Below are positions 25,364 through 35,643 of a DNA stretch of 64,000 nt, one piece after another. Every line of letters begins with the position of its first letter. Position 1 is the stretch's first letter. This DNA comes from a virus. Its lineage: Duplodnaviria > Caudoviricetes. The notes below the pieces were generated by a model. The model did no database searches. It was not told the DNA's origin and saw only the letters and a list, made by a program, of their open reading frames with translations. The position numbers were made by a program, and so were the translations under genes. The DNA lies in IMG/VR virus record IMGVR_UViG_3300010429_001449. One strand, 5' to 3'.

Positions 25364-25999
25364 CTACTCAGCAAGCATCACGTCAAGAGGATTTTTGCCG
25401 ACCTGCGCCAAAGCCAGAAGATTCCTGACCAAAGCGCTTCCTGCGGGCTTGGGATCATAGAGAATAGTATAAGCTGTCAGAGCCGCGCTCAACAACACCG
25501 TATGCCGATGGTAAGAGGCCACAGCGCGAGACAGAACAGAAGACTGAGCCGGAACGGACAAATCAAACAACAATGCCGCCAGAATGTGCGGACACATACC
25601 CTCGAACATGGGCAGCCCGACGAGAGATTCTGCCGTGTCTGCCGACAAACAACCGCACCACAACCGTTTTCGTTCGGGCCAACGCCAAACAGGGAACACG
25701 CTACGAATAGCGCCGGGAATCCTCAAATGCTGCGTCGTATAGTCCCCAACAGCCCTGCCTTCGGAAAAGATGTTACGGAAACTACTTTCGCCGCTGGAGG
25801 GAGGCAGTACAGTCGAGAAGAAGCCTATGTTACCATCCCGCCAACCAACGACCTTCAACTGCGGTACGATAGCCAGAGACTCGCGGAACTCGCTGGAGCG
25901 CATAAGCTCAGCGGTAGTGATCAGCCGTCTATAAATGCCTGTGTTCTCGAAGGTTACAGGAATAGGCTTCTGGTCATCCGTCATCGTCGTCTCGTTCAA
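25364..25999 (-). CDS. SWIM Zn-finger protein
   Basis: CGC...MCPHILA. Confidence 0.7.
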   Translation of the reverse strand: MNETTMTDDQKPIPVTFENTGIYRRLITTAELMRSSEFRESLAIVPQLKVVGWRDGNIGFFSTVLPPSSGESSFRNIFSEGRAVGDYTTQHLRIPGAIRSVFPVWRWPERKRLWCGCLSADTAESLVGLPMFEGMCPHILAALLFDLSVPAQSSVLSRAVASYHRHTVLLSAALTAYTILYDPKPAGSALVRNLLALAQVGKNPLDVMLAE

Positions 26000-26804
26000 G
26001 AGGGGTTATTGCGGGAAGCCACTCGTTCTGTTTGTAGCTCGATTTCACCGGAACCCAGCGACCACTGAAAGCCACGGACGCGACGTGTTCACACATACCG
26101 AATTGATAGTAGGGCGCGTCGGGGCAACTATCGTCGAGTAACTTGTATCGATGACAGTCGCATTGCAATTCTCCTGCGCCGTCGCCCCACACAGACGCTT
26201 GCAGACTACCGCGCTGTTGTTTGAGACAAAGCCAGCCAGACAAACTCACGTTGAAGACGTGCCACGAATCCGCTCGCTTAACAAACGCATCCCAGTGCTT
26301 GAGATTTCGCAGCATCGCCGTAGTTGCAAGGCGCTGCCGCAACAATGCCCCCTCAGTCAACACGACACGATGTTCCGGATTCCCGCCTTCAACACACAAA
26401 TCGGCGGGAAAAACCCGTTTTACCGGAACGTGCCAACGATCCTTGCATTGAACAGCAACTACGTGGCGGCACAACCCAAGCTGAACAAAAGGAGTATCGC
26501 CTACCAACTTCGGCGAGAAGACCCACTTGCAGTTGCAGACTAATTGGCCGTAGGGCGTAGCCACAACCTCATACTGCGTATCGTTGTCGTAAACTACCAA
26601 CCGCCCGTCTCTTAACAACTTTACGCACAGCGTGCTGGTTTCCCTCTGAAAATCATTCCACGCCTTGCTACGACTCAATCTAGCGGTCGCGTCTAGGTGA
26701 GCGAGATAACGCGGCCCTAGCGTTATGAACGACTCCTTACCTGCCAGCACTAAGCGCGTGTAGTCCCGCGCATTTACATAGGTAGTCTGTTCGGAGTTGT
26801 TCAT
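25974..26804 (-). CDS. protein with two SWIM Zn-finger repeats
   Basis: CNC...[11 protein letters not shown] and CDC...[11 protein letters not shown]. Confidence 0.75.
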   Translation of the reverse strand: MNNSEQTTYVNARDYTRLVLAGKESFITLGPRYLAHLDATARLSRSKAWNDFQRETSTLCVKLLRDGRLVVYDNDTQYEVVATPYGQLVCNCKWVFSPKLVGDTPFVQLGLCRHVVAVQCKDRWHVPVKRVFPADLCVEGGNPEHRVVLTEGALLRQRLATTAMLRNLKHWDAFVKRADSWHVFNVSLSGWLCLKQQRGSLQASVWGDGAGELQCDCHRYKLLDDSCPDAPYYQFGMCEHVASVAFSGRWVPVKSSYKQNEWLPAITPLERDDDDG

Positions 26805-27319
26805 GAGCGCGTGTCGGCAAAACGAACAAAACGCTCTAGCGCCTCTCGCTTAACCCGTTCTACTGCTACTTGAATTTTTACGCCGGTGCTGTCCTGCACA
26901 TCAGGGGTAAGCTGTTCCACCCACGCAGGAACATCGCCGCCGGGCCACACGCCGTTCTGTTCCCGCGCAAGAACATCGCGCACAAGCTCCCCGAATGCGG
27001 CGGCAGGATAGTCTCTTATCGCCGCATTTTCGATAGAAAGACGCTCTGGTTGAGGCTTAACGAAAAACAGCTTATGCAACCCCCGCACGTAAAAGGCATT
27101 CAAGTCCTCCAAACCGAGCGCGTTCGCCTCCAACACGCCAGGCCAGAAGCCAGTCCAGCGGGCGAACAGCGGGTCGTGTCCCTTGCAGTCGCAGCCTAGC
27201 CGCTGACCGCCACAAACAGAACAATGCTCAACATCACAATCCGTCAAATGCGGTTGTCCCGGCTCAACGCCGCAATCAGGACACGCTCTTGGACACAAAA
27301 CAGCCTCTTTATCGCTCAT
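26801..27319 (-). CDS. Cys-rich hypothetical phage protein
   Basis: CPDCGVxPGxxHxxxCDVExCxxCGGQxLxCDC. Confidence 0.7.
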   Translation of the reverse strand: MSDKEAVLCPRACPDCGVEPGQPHLTDCDVEHCSVCGGQRLGCDCKGHDPLFARWTGFWPGVLEANALGLEDLNAFYVRGLHKLFFVKPQPERLSIENAAIRDYPAAAFGELVRDVLAREQNGVWPGGDVPAWVEQLTPDVQDSTGVKIQVAVERVKREALERFVRFADTRS

Positions 27320-27998
27320 CGAGACTCTCCATTTCTTGAATCGCCTTTTGTAGATTAACTCTGGCTACCTGCTCCAACGGCGCGAACTCCGCAGACAAGT
27401 AGAGCCGAGGCCGGGAAGCCATGTCCTTATAGAACCGCAGGCGTCCCGCACAAAACTCCTCATCGGAGTACTGAAGATACTCCTGTCGAATGTACCTCGT
27501 GTTTGCCTTGAATATTGCCCACGGCGTGGCCAGACAGTGAAGATCAACGTCGTGCGTGATGTTCGTTTCCCAACTCGGAATGTACAACCCATCTCCGAAA
27601 TGCTGTGTGGCAAGAACGCAGTTGATTACGGCCCTCGCCGTCTCCGGACACTCTACACTCGTAAAAATCGCGCCCGCAAAATCGGCGCTTGCGCGTTCGC
27701 CAGACGCAGCATCAACACCGCCAACTACGCGCTGACTGGCGGCCATAACTCCCATAAACGCATCGTGGAAAAAGAGCGCCAACTCTACCGTGTTCTTGTT
27801 AAACACGGCTGCTCTCGGTGCGTAGCGATCCAGCACACCCAGACAGTCCACAAGATGACGCGGCCCGTGATAACAGCGTCCCGGCCCGGTGTACAACGTC
27901 CAAAGCAACTCGAACGTACTGTCTCGGACATCGGGACGGCCATCGACCCACGCGGCGCACCAACGTTCCTGCAATAATTCCTTGCTGTCGCAAGCCAT
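27309..27998 (-). CDS. HD-superfamily phosphohydrolase
   Basis: RxYHxxxH, ALFFHD, ERASA, DVDL, IRQEY. Confidence 0.8.
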   Translation of the reverse strand: MACDSKELLQERWCAAWVDGRPDVRDSTFELLWTLYTGPGRCYHGPRHLVDCLGVLDRYAPRAAVFNKNTVELALFFHDAFMGVMAASQRVVGGVDAASGERASADFAGAIFTSVECPETARAVINCVLATQHFGDGLYIPSWETNITHDVDLHCLATPWAIFKANTRYIRQEYLQYSDEEFCAGRLRFYKDMASRPRLYLSAEFAPLEQVARVNLQKAIQEMESLDER

Positions 27999-28029
27999 TA
28001 GACAAACTCCTCTCTGACCGTCTATGTCT

Positions 28030-28057
28030 AGTATAACGGAGCGCGAGGAAATGTCAA
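28030..28057 (-). promoter_or_regulatory. sigma70-type promoter
   Basis: TTGACA-16bp-TATACT. Confidence 0.85.
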
Positions 28058-28065
28058 GGGGATTT

Positions 28066-29631
28066 TCAGGACGGAAAACCTCTGCTGACCCAATCGATAG
28101 CCTTCTTGGTGCGGGCCAACCGTTCTGCTTCTTGTCTAGCCAGGGCGAGAGCGTCGTCCCGCGAACGAATCGTTCCTTCTAGTTGCGCGTCCTGTACAGC
28201 CGTCAAGACCTCGCTGAATATTGGACTGGGCGAGAAGCCCATCGCAATAAGGTCGTGTCCGGTCAAGAGCGGTTTCGGCTTCACCTGTTCGGGAGGAAGC
28301 TCTTCTTTCTTGCGCCGGAGCCACTCGTAATCCGAAAGATCGCCGTTGCTTCCCACAGCATCGGCGCGATGAAGGGCCAGCAACCGGTCGAACAGAGGAT
28401 GCGCCATAATGCGCTTGAGCTTGGACAACTTCATGTCCTTGGCGTACGTCGGCACTAAGTGATGCTCAACAAGCCACTGGATAGCCTCAACATCAGCGTT
28501 GCTGAGCCTCATCCTCTTGCCAATCTCTCCTATCATCTCGGCCCCGACATCCTCATGTCTGTGGAACGTGATCCGCTGTTTGGCGTCGTTGAAGGCTTGT
28601 GTCTTAGGCTTGCCCACGTCGTGAAGGAGAGTAGCCCACGTCAAGACCAGATCGCCTTTAGGTTCCAGCTTATCCAGCATCAAAAGCGTGTGTTCCCATA
28701 CCGTACCTTCGGGGTGGAAGTCTTCCGGCTGCTCAATACCCTTCGTGGCGGCCATCTCGGGAAGCACTTTATCCAAAAGGTTCAAACCGTCGAGCAGCCG
28801 GAGTGCTTGCCCCGGATGTTGCGTTTGAAGCATCTTCCCTAACTCGTCGGTTATACGCTCTTGGCTGATGCCCGTGATCTTGTCCGCGTTGCTCTTTATG
28901 GCGTCGGCAGTCTTCTTGTCCATCTCGAAGCCGAAACGCGCCGCAAAACGGACGGCGCGGAGCATACGGAGATAATCCTCTGCAAATCGGTCATTAGGGT
29001 CGCCTACGGCGCGTAAGACGCCGTTTTCCAGGTCTTGTTGGCCTCCAACGTAGTCGATGACCTTCTTCTCTTTGGGGTCGAAAAACAAGGCGTTTATCGT
29101 GAAGTCGCGCCGCTCAGCGTCTTTTTCAGCGGTCGAGAAGCTCACTTCGTCCGGATGCCGTCCGTCCGCATATCCGCTTTCAGTCCGGAAGGTTGCGATT
29201 TCAAACTCGTCATCTCCATCTCGAACCCTTGACACGCCGAAGGCTTCCCCCGCAAACTTGGATTCGGGCCATATCTTGGAAACTTCGTCCGGCGTCGCGG
29301 AAGTTGCTATGTCTATGTCGTGACAGTCACGACCGAGAAGCATGTCTCGCACACAGCCGCCCGCAAAATAGGCTTCATGCCCGGCGTCCTTCAAACGCTC
29401 AACAATGTTCGTGGCGGCTTTGCCTTGCTGGGAATCGAGAACCGCCGCCCAAGCATCTTCTTTGATCTTCTTCTCGGGCTTCTTTTCTTCTTCTCCTTCA
29501 GCGGCTCCGGCGGCAGAAGTAAACTGCCCGGTTTCAGGGTCTTTGCATCTGCTGCCTGGTTTACCGGGAGCGATTTGACACGGCTTGTCGTCGGCTTTCC
29601 TGAATGCTGTTTGTATCCAATCATAGGGCAT
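28066..29631 (-). CDS. cca: CCA-adding tRNA nucleotidyltransferase with HD domain and YDW leader
   Basis: AGGCVRD, DIDIAT, RRDFTINA, EDYLRMLRAVRF, QERI, LLHDVGKP. Confidence 0.92.
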   Translation of the reverse strand: MPYDWIQTAFRKADDKPCQIAPGKPGSRCKDPETGQFTSAAGAAEGEEEKKPEKKIKEDAWAAVLDSQQGKAATNIVERLKDAGHEAYFAGGCVRDMLLGRDCHDIDIATSATPDEVSKIWPESKFAGEAFGVSRVRDGDDEFEIATFRTESGYADGRHPDEVSFSTAEKDAERRDFTINALFFDPKEKKVIDYVGGQQDLENGVLRAVGDPNDRFAEDYLRMLRAVRFAARFGFEMDKKTADAIKSNADKITGISQERITDELGKMLQTQHPGQALRLLDGLNLLDKVLPEMAATKGIEQPEDFHPEGTVWEHTLLMLDKLEPKGDLVLTWATLLHDVGKPKTQAFNDAKQRITFHRHEDVGAEMIGEIGKRMRLSNADVEAIQWLVEHHLVPTYAKDMKLSKLKRIMAHPLFDRLLALHRADAVGSNGDLSDYEWLRRKKEELPPEQVKPKPLLTGHDLIAMGFSPSPIFSEVLTAVQDAQLEGTIRSRDDALALARQEAERLARTKKAIDWVSRGFPS

Positions 29632-29646
29632 ACACAAACATCTCCA

Positions 29647-31518
29647 TCAATAAAGATCGAACACGCCTTCTTGAACCAGGCGGCGCAGGCGGCTGACACG
29701 CTCGTCGATCTCGTTCCCATAAAACCCGTGCCGCAACAGAGTACGACGGAACGCGCTGACGTTCACGTTTTTCAGCTTCTCGTACACATCGTCAGCAATA
29801 GGTTGCTGGTGCAGGGGATAACCGAAACTTGTTGCTCGGAACGTCCCGTAGTACATACCGCCATTGTCGATAGCAACGACTCGTCCCTTTTCCGTCAACA
29901 TAATATTGCCGCCGTGTCGATCCGCGTTCAACATAATCGCATCCAGCGCTAATATTCTGTGCAGCCAACCACTATCTTCGCTATCCAAAAACGCATTCGT
30001 GCTGACCGCTGGCATCGCATCAGCGATATCAAAGTTATCGGGGAACCCAAGACGATTAACGTCCGTCTGCAAAGAGACGCCTTGGAATGACCCATGCTTA
30101 TGCGCAAATTCGCCGCCCAAATTGGCGGTAGGAGGCACTATATTGAAGCCCAGGACTTGATCGATGTCGTAAGCAGCCTCCTCAGCGTATGCCGTTCCGT
30201 GCTGCGCATTGAGTTTGCACAGCGCTCGGCTACCGTCTGCTGTAGTGAGCCAGAACGTAGTGTTTATACCGCCGCTTTCGCTTAATTCCTCTCGATCACC
30301 GGGTTCCGCCTCCGCGAGCGCGGCTTCGAGAATAGCCTTGTTAGCGGGTGATCCCAGCGGAATGTCGTCGGGAGTGCTTGCGCTAATGCGCCCAATGGTC
30401 TCTCGCGTTTGTGCCGCGCTCTCCAGTTGCTGCTCGGTTGCAAGAGTTAAGTCGTCTCCTTCAGAGGCGATCTTGTGATCGAGCACAGCGGCAAGAGCAG
30501 TAACGCCCAAGAGGACTAATGATTTCCCACGGCGCAACCCTCTAATGAACATCTCAGTCTCTTCTGCGATGATCTGGGAATCTCCGTCAGGAGCGTACTT
30601 GGCAAGCCATCCACTCACGTCCTTCTTGTAGCTTTCAACCTCAGAGTCGTCGGCAATAAGCGCGTCAGTCCGCTCCTCCACAGCGAACATACCAAACAAC
30701 TCCTTCACAACAGCCGCCTCGATACGATACTCATGCGCTATATTCTGTATGCGCCCCGCCTGCGCGGAACCGCCGGTCTTGGCAAGATTAATCGCCCATA
30801 GCGTAGAATAAGGCGTTCCCTTATAGGTCAACCCACCAACCACAGCGCTCGCTATCTGCTCGTAGATTTGAATGTCAGCCGGACCTACATAACCTTGAGT
30901 ATAGTTGTACGACGCCTTGACCGAGGCTACCGAAATACCATTCTGAAGACACTCTTCGTTGTATTCATCAGCCGCTTGCTTTAGGGCATCGCGCTCAGCG
31001 GCAGGAACAGCGCCGGTCTTGTCCAACGCTGCCGAGAAGAACTCTGAAATAATCTCATCCTTACTAAGATTACCGGCTCTAACGCGATCAAGAAGATTTT
31101 GGTAAGCTGGGGTGTGATAAAGCTCGTCCTGAGACCAGTGAAACACGCGCCCTATTCCCATGCCGTCGTAGACACTATCTAACACCGCATGAACACCGGC
31201 AGTATCGCCGGGGCGCAATGCACCAAGGGCGTTAATCTTGTCAGACGCAGCCTTGTAAACGCTCTCCCCTAAAGCGCTTGATTCCACGCCGTAACCTTGA
31301 TCGCGCCTCCGGGATATCTCGCGTTCCTTGGTGGAGGACTTCCTTTCTTCGCTCCTGTGCTGTGACGCCTCCGCTCCTTGCGCAGTACCTGCTCTGCCCG
31401 CCGACGTAAACTCACCCGTAGCAGGATCGTGACAACGATTCCCCACTCTGCCGGAGCCGCGACTGCACTCGCTCTGCTCCTGCTTCTCCAGCGCGTACTT
31501 GATCCAATCGTAGATCAC
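29647..31518 (-). CDS. YDW-leader protein with C-terminal PI3/4-kinase/HipA-like kinase domain
   Basis: GGIN, K, EEAAY..D..LG...VPPT, NADRHGGN, AIDNG. Confidence 0.8.
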   Translation of the reverse strand: MIYDWIKYALEKQEQSECSRGSGRVGNRCHDPATGEFTSAGRAGTAQGAEASQHRSEERKSSTKEREISRRRDQGYGVESSALGESVYKAASDKINALGALRPGDTAGVHAVLDSVYDGMGIGRVFHWSQDELYHTPAYQNLLDRVRAGNLSKDEIISEFFSAALDKTGAVPAAERDALKQAADEYNEECLQNGISVASVKASYNYTQGYVGPADIQIYEQIASAVVGGLTYKGTPYSTLWAINLAKTGGSAQAGRIQNIAHEYRIEAAVVKELFGMFAVEERTDALIADDSEVESYKKDVSGWLAKYAPDGDSQIIAEETEMFIRGLRRGKSLVLLGVTALAAVLDHKIASEGDDLTLATEQQLESAAQTRETIGRISASTPDDIPLGSPANKAILEAALAEAEPGDREELSESGGINTTFWLTTADGSRALCKLNAQHGTAYAEEAAYDIDQVLGFNIVPPTANLGGEFAHKHGSFQGVSLQTDVNRLGFPDNFDIADAMPAVSTNAFLDSEDSGWLHRILALDAIMLNADRHGGNIMLTEKGRVVAIDNGGMYYGTFRATSFGYPLHQQPIADDVYEKLKNVNVSAFRRTLLRHGFYGNEIDERVSRLRRLVQEGVFDLY

Positions 31519-31907
31519 TACCCAAACTCCAACCTGCCGTCGCTAGTCAAGGAGAAGCGTACGGCAGAATTGTCTGGGCCTAGTGCGTAAGCCTTCAAGT
31601 AAGCCGACGTACCCACTCGCGCCAGAAGCGCGGCCATGAATTTGAGGCCGTCCTGCATTGTAACGTGCTCTCGGGACAGAGGATTGACCAAACCCCGCTT
31701 CTGCGCCGTGTCAACAAGATACGGAACGGCCTTAGCGTGGCTCACGGCCTCTACGATCCCGTTGTTCAACGTGAACGAAGCTATCGGGACGCCCATGTAA
31801 GGCTTCTCGAACCTCTTTTCCGGGTCTGAACGGTCCACCACAACGACTGTCTTCAGTTCAGTTTTGGCCACGACATTCCTCCGAAACACCAATCTACACA
31901 GACTCAA
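31518..31907 (-). CDS. hypothetical protein
   Basis: ORF coupled to the kinase gene. Confidence 0.55.
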   Translation of the reverse strand: MSLCRLVFRRNVVAKTELKTVVVVDRSDPEKRFEKPYMGVPIASFTLNNGIVEAVSHAKAVPYLVDTAQKRGLVNPLSREHVTMQDGLKFMAALLARVGTSAYLKAYALGPDNSAVRFSLTSDGRLEFG

Positions 31908-31945
31908 CCAAAAAAGGCAACACCAAATACGCGCCAGTCACTCTT

Positions 31946-31973
31946 ATTATAACGGAATGATAGCTATTGTCAA
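31946..31973 (-). promoter_or_regulatory. sigma70-type promoter
   Basis: TTGACA-16bp-TATAAT. Confidence 0.8.
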
Positions 31974-31997
31974 GAGACAAATAAACTGTAACTGCTC

Positions 31998-32414
31998 CTA
32001 CGGCCACGTACAGACGATAATCTCCACATCCGTGCCCGCGAACGCGGCCACAAGCATCTGATTAACGTGCTTCCATTCGAGACGATCTAGGCCGCAGCCG
32101 ATGCGCGGCATAGCTATCTTCTTGACTCCATTCTCTTGAACAAGGCGGCGCATCTCCCTGAGTGCTAATTCCAGTGACGCATAGGAGGGCTTTCGCCAAC
32201 TGTCCTTCTTGGTGATGAGATTGAAGACGCGCCCCGTAAGAACACAAGTAGGGTAAGCTACATTTTGGTGCGCGAGCGCCTTCCTCAATCCAAACTTCGC
32301 GCACATCGGGACGGCGATACCAGCGCCCATTCGTAGGTCTTCCGCAATACAATGGGCGAGATAGTAGTCGTCAGGAACCGTAAACAAGTCTTTGTGTTCT
32401 TCGTGCAGAATCAT
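31998..32414 (-). CDS. macrodomain ADP-ribosylhydrolase (TARG1/DarG-like)
   Basis: DLF...LAHCIAEDLRMGAGIA...FNLITK...MPRIGCGLDRLEW. Confidence 0.88.
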   Translation of the reverse strand: MILHEEHKDLFTVPDDYYLAHCIAEDLRMGAGIAVPMCAKFGLRKALAHQNVAYPTCVLTGRVFNLITKKDSWRKPSYASLELALREMRRLVQENGVKKIAMPRIGCGLDRLEWKHVNQMLVAAFAGTDVEIIVCTWP

Positions 32415-32806
32415 TGCGTAGCCTCCGCACTGACTTGCTGCGCCTTCTTGCACAAACGGATGGTTTTGCGACACAACGGCAAGTCAAAATCGCCGATATG
32501 ACACTTCTTCGCAGGAAGATTCAGTTGCTCCGCCAGCCAGAGATACGCCGCGCTGCGCGTCATTTTGCCGTTACGCCATAGCTGATCGAAAAAGGCGTGC
32601 GTTTCCTTTCTGGCGTCGCGGAGTTCGGCGTTGGCGAGGCGACCTAGCGGCTTATGATCGGGACTGTTGTTATGCGTCCCCACGTATGCGTCGCAAGGAG
32701 CGCACAGCCAGAAAAACAAACCGGCCAAATCGGGCCGATTTCGATAGAGCGCGTCGCCAGTAACAAGCCGCGCCGCACGTTTGCAATAGGGACACACGAC
32801 TTTCAC
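32411..32806 (-). CDS. DUF3268-like Zn-finger protein
   Basis: CPYC...CAPCDAYVGTH...PLGRLAN...AYLWLA...CHIG. Confidence 0.8.
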   Translation of the reverse strand: MKVVCPYCKRAARLVTGDALYRNRPDLAGLFFWLCAPCDAYVGTHNNSPDHKPLGRLANAELRDARKETHAFFDQLWRNGKMTRSAAYLWLAEQLNLPAKKCHIGDFDLPLCRKTIRLCKKAQQVSAEATQ

Positions 32807-33426
32807 TCGGCGTCATCCTCCACGGCCTTCTTTATCTCCGCAAGGAACTCCGGGGCTAGACGTACGGCCTTTCTTGATTCCCGCCAAGAGTAAGGAGCGT
32901 ACTTCTTAATTGCCTCATTCAACGCCTCCGCCGCTTCCCATATAGCCTGCGGCAAATCGGCGGCGGACTTGTCTTCTGGAAGCGACTCCTCAAAAAGAGC
33001 ATCGAGATCAACTTGTGGCGGAGGACACGGTTCGCAGAGAACGAGCCTGAAAGACGCCGGGTCAAAGTCAGTTCCTTCCTCCGAAAGACAGTTATAGAGA
33101 TATTCCTCTACCTCGTCCATGTCCCAGAAGAACGGATCGGACTCGAATTCCATGAGAGGCGATGTGCCGTCCCATTCAACAACCTCAAGGCTATCAAAGC
33201 GTTCCTGCCTCAGCTTGTCGCGGCAGGCAGAACAGTACGTGTACGGCTTCTCCGCCGGACTGCCGCACTTTGAGCACGGAACGTGCGTGGCCCCGCGCCA
33301 ACGAGCCATAGCTTCATCGACGTAAGCAAGTCCGTCGCGGGACACCCACAACGTCATCGTCTGTTGCGTCGCGGCGATAGGATCATCGGGGAGCACGATC
33401 TTGTCTTTATCGTCTTGTTGCGTCAT
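32803..33426 (-). CDS. hypothetical protein
   Basis: CSKCG...CSAC; coupled ORF. Confidence 0.7.
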   Translation of the reverse strand: MTQQDDKDKIVLPDDPIAATQQTMTLWVSRDGLAYVDEAMARWRGATHVPCSKCGSPAEKPYTYCSACRDKLRQERFDSLEVVEWDGTSPLMEFESDPFFWDMDEVEEYLYNCLSEEGTDFDPASFRLVLCEPCPPPQVDLDALFEESLPEDKSAADLPQAIWEAAEALNEAIKKYAPYSWRESRKAVRLAPEFLAEIKKAVEDDAE

Positions 33427-33752
33427 TTCGTCTTCACCTCCACACCATACGGTGTGTGTTCGTCACCCTCAACCACCGGAACAAGAGCGAACAATATCTC
33501 CGTAGCCGTCTGCCAGAGAAGAACGTGATTGGGGGTCTTCAACAGCGAAAAAACGACGTAGTTGTTTTGGAGCGCGTAGCTGAAATGAGGACCGTACTTG
33601 TTCAGTACTCCCTCGATCTCACTCTGAGTAGCGCAACCGAGACGGGTAAGCGAGGCGTGACCGGTTACGCGCCACTGCTTTTTGCTCACCTTCGTCAGAG
33701 ATGCCAGAAGGCTATCCAACGACGATACCGCGCTATTATCTCCTACACGCAC
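33423..33752 (-). CDS. hypothetical protein
   Basis: Coupled ORF. Confidence 0.5.
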   Translation of the reverse strand: MRVGDNSAVSSLDSLLASLTKVSKKQWRVTGHASLTRLGCATQSEIEGVLNKYGPHFSYALQNNYVVFSLLKTPNHVLLWQTATEILFALVPVVEGDEHTPYGVEVKTK

Positions 33753-33886
33753 GTGATGTTATCCTCACTTGACCGAGAAGGAGCAAGCACCTCAGCGGCC
33801 ACGAAAAGCCTGCCGCGCACATCGCACTGCGCAGCAATCACAATAGTGCGAATGATCATGTTAGCCTCCTGCTATCAACCACTCTT

Positions 33887-33914
33887 AGTATAACGGATTT
33901 GCCCGAAATGTCAA
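33887..33914 (-). promoter_or_regulatory. sigma70-type promoter
   Basis: TTGACA-16bp-TATACT. Confidence 0.85.
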
Positions 33915-33926
33915 GGGTCACTTCCG

Positions 33927-35636
33927 TTATTTTTGAGCCATAGTGATCGAGCAGAGCTTCCCGCCCTTTGTGAACAACGCCTGCGCCCCGCTGCTGGCTA
34001 GGCGCATACTGCCGTCTATGACGGGATCACTGATGACTTTCTTCTTGGCGGCGGTGCGGAAGACTTCAACGTCGTCGTCCTCATTGACCTGGACACAAAC
34101 GCCGTTGTCCAAGACCGTGAAGTTCAGTCCGGTGAAGGTAACGTCTTTGACTGCCGCGTGAGCGTGCGTCACCCATTGATCATCCGACCAGAAAACAAAA
34201 CGGTCGTACCGACCTGTTCTTCGCTCAACACCAACTATTTGCAGAATTCCACGTTCGTACTTGGCGTCAACCACTTCGTAGCCGTCGAGTTCGCGCAAGG
34301 CAAACTGCCGTGCGCACTTGCTTGACGGAAAGACAGAACACCAGTGCGCGTCGAATAGGTTCTGAACAACGACACCGTCAAAGACTTTCGTGCCTTGCTC
34401 CAAGACGTTTCCGACTTGATGCGCGGAGGGAAGAACCTTGTTGCCTGCCTCGGTGAAGCAGATTTCCAGTATTTTGCCTCCGCTGATTATGTAACAACGC
34501 CCGTCCACAACGAAAAGCTGCTGCGCGGTCAGCTTGAGCGGCAGGCTCGTTCTGTCGATGAGGTCCGTGAGTTCCACGCTTCCGTAGCGCAGAGCGGCGG
34601 CTATAGGGCGGTTGTTCTTCGGCGTGAAACACACCTTCGCGTCCGCAGGAAGAACCCCGCCTACTCGCCTCTTATCTACGAAAACGTAATTCTTGCTGCG
34701 CACTATCTGACTTCCGCCGAGATCAAAGACGCTTTCGATATCGTCGCCGAAATCGTAAAGCTCCTTGATGAGGAAGTTATTGCTGCCGGAGATTGAAACA
34801 ACGGGCGGCGCGATTGCGACAGAAATGACGGCAACGAGATCGCTAGGAGGCGGCACGCGCTGACCCTTCTCCAGAACGGCATCGTACCAACGCATATAAA
34901 CATCAGGAACAACTGAGAGCGGCTGCGTGGCTCCCTTCGGGTAGCTGACTGCCGGATTGAGAACAGAGATATTGGCCAACATTCTGCCGTCCAGCGCCGT
35001 CTGAGGGTCTGTATAAGAAGGATGCTTGCCCTTGTAGGGGTGAATCCCCACGAAAAGCTGGAAGCTGACTATCGCAAAACTGAACCAATCCGTCAGGGTC
35101 GAGAACTGGTTGTTCTTGCAGTGACGGTCGCGGACGCTCTCCATCAAAACAGTAGCGGGGTAGTGCGGCGTCTGGTAGCTGTTTACGTCAATGAAGAATA
35201 CGTCCTTGTAAACGTCGTTCACGAGAAAGTTCATCTCGTTGAGATCGACGAGAAGGATATTCTTGCTATGCACAAAACCGACGGTCTGCTGCATCTGGCG
35301 CACCAACGCCAGAATCATGTCGGGCGTGATGTTCTCGCGGCGGCGGAAGGCTTGCGTGAATAGCTGACACAGACAGGCCGTGTCCTTCAAAAAACGCATC
35401 GTATAACCAACAGGAGTGCCCCGGCTGTCCACGAGAATGTCTTCCGGACGGATGATGTGCGGCTCGGTAAGCACGGACAAGTCGCGGAACTTCCCGTCAG
35501 GAATCATCTTGCCTTTGTCGCAGACTTTGTAAACCGTCCCGCCCTTGACGTAAATCTTGCCCTCGCCGCCGATGGCAAGCAGGTCGGCCTGGTTCAATGA
35601 GACCTCGTGATTTTTGCCTCTGACAGTGAGTTTCAT
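33927..35636 (-). CDS. Ser/Thr protein kinase (TerY-associated type)
   Basis: GGEGKIY, K, GYTM, DLNEMN, FIDVNSYQ, TDWFSFA, GIHPY. Confidence 0.85.
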   Translation of the reverse strand: MKLTVRGKNHEVSLNQADLLAIGGEGKIYVKGGTVYKVCDKGKMIPDGKFRDLSVLTEPHIIRPEDILVDSRGTPVGYTMRFLKDTACLCQLFTQAFRRRENITPDMILALVRQMQQTVGFVHSKNILLVDLNEMNFLVNDVYKDVFFIDVNSYQTPHYPATVLMESVRDRHCKNNQFSTLTDWFSFAIVSFQLFVGIHPYKGKHPSYTDPQTALDGRMLANISVLNPAVSYPKGATQPLSVVPDVYMRWYDAVLEKGQRVPPPSDLVAVISVAIAPPVVSISGSNNFLIKELYDFGDDIESVFDLGGSQIVRSKNYVFVDKRRVGGVLPADAKVCFTPKNNRPIAAALRYGSVELTDLIDRTSLPLKLTAQQLFVVDGRCYIISGGKILEICFTEAGNKVLPSAHQVGNVLEQGTKVFDGVVVQNLFDAHWCSVFPSSKCARQFALRELDGYEVVDAKYERGILQIVGVERRTGRYDRFVFWSDDQWVTHAHAAVKDVTFTGLNFTVLDNGVCVQVNEDDDVEVFRTAAKKKVISDPVIDGSMRLASSGAQALFTKGGKLCSITMAQK

Positions 35637-35643
35637 GCCGCAC

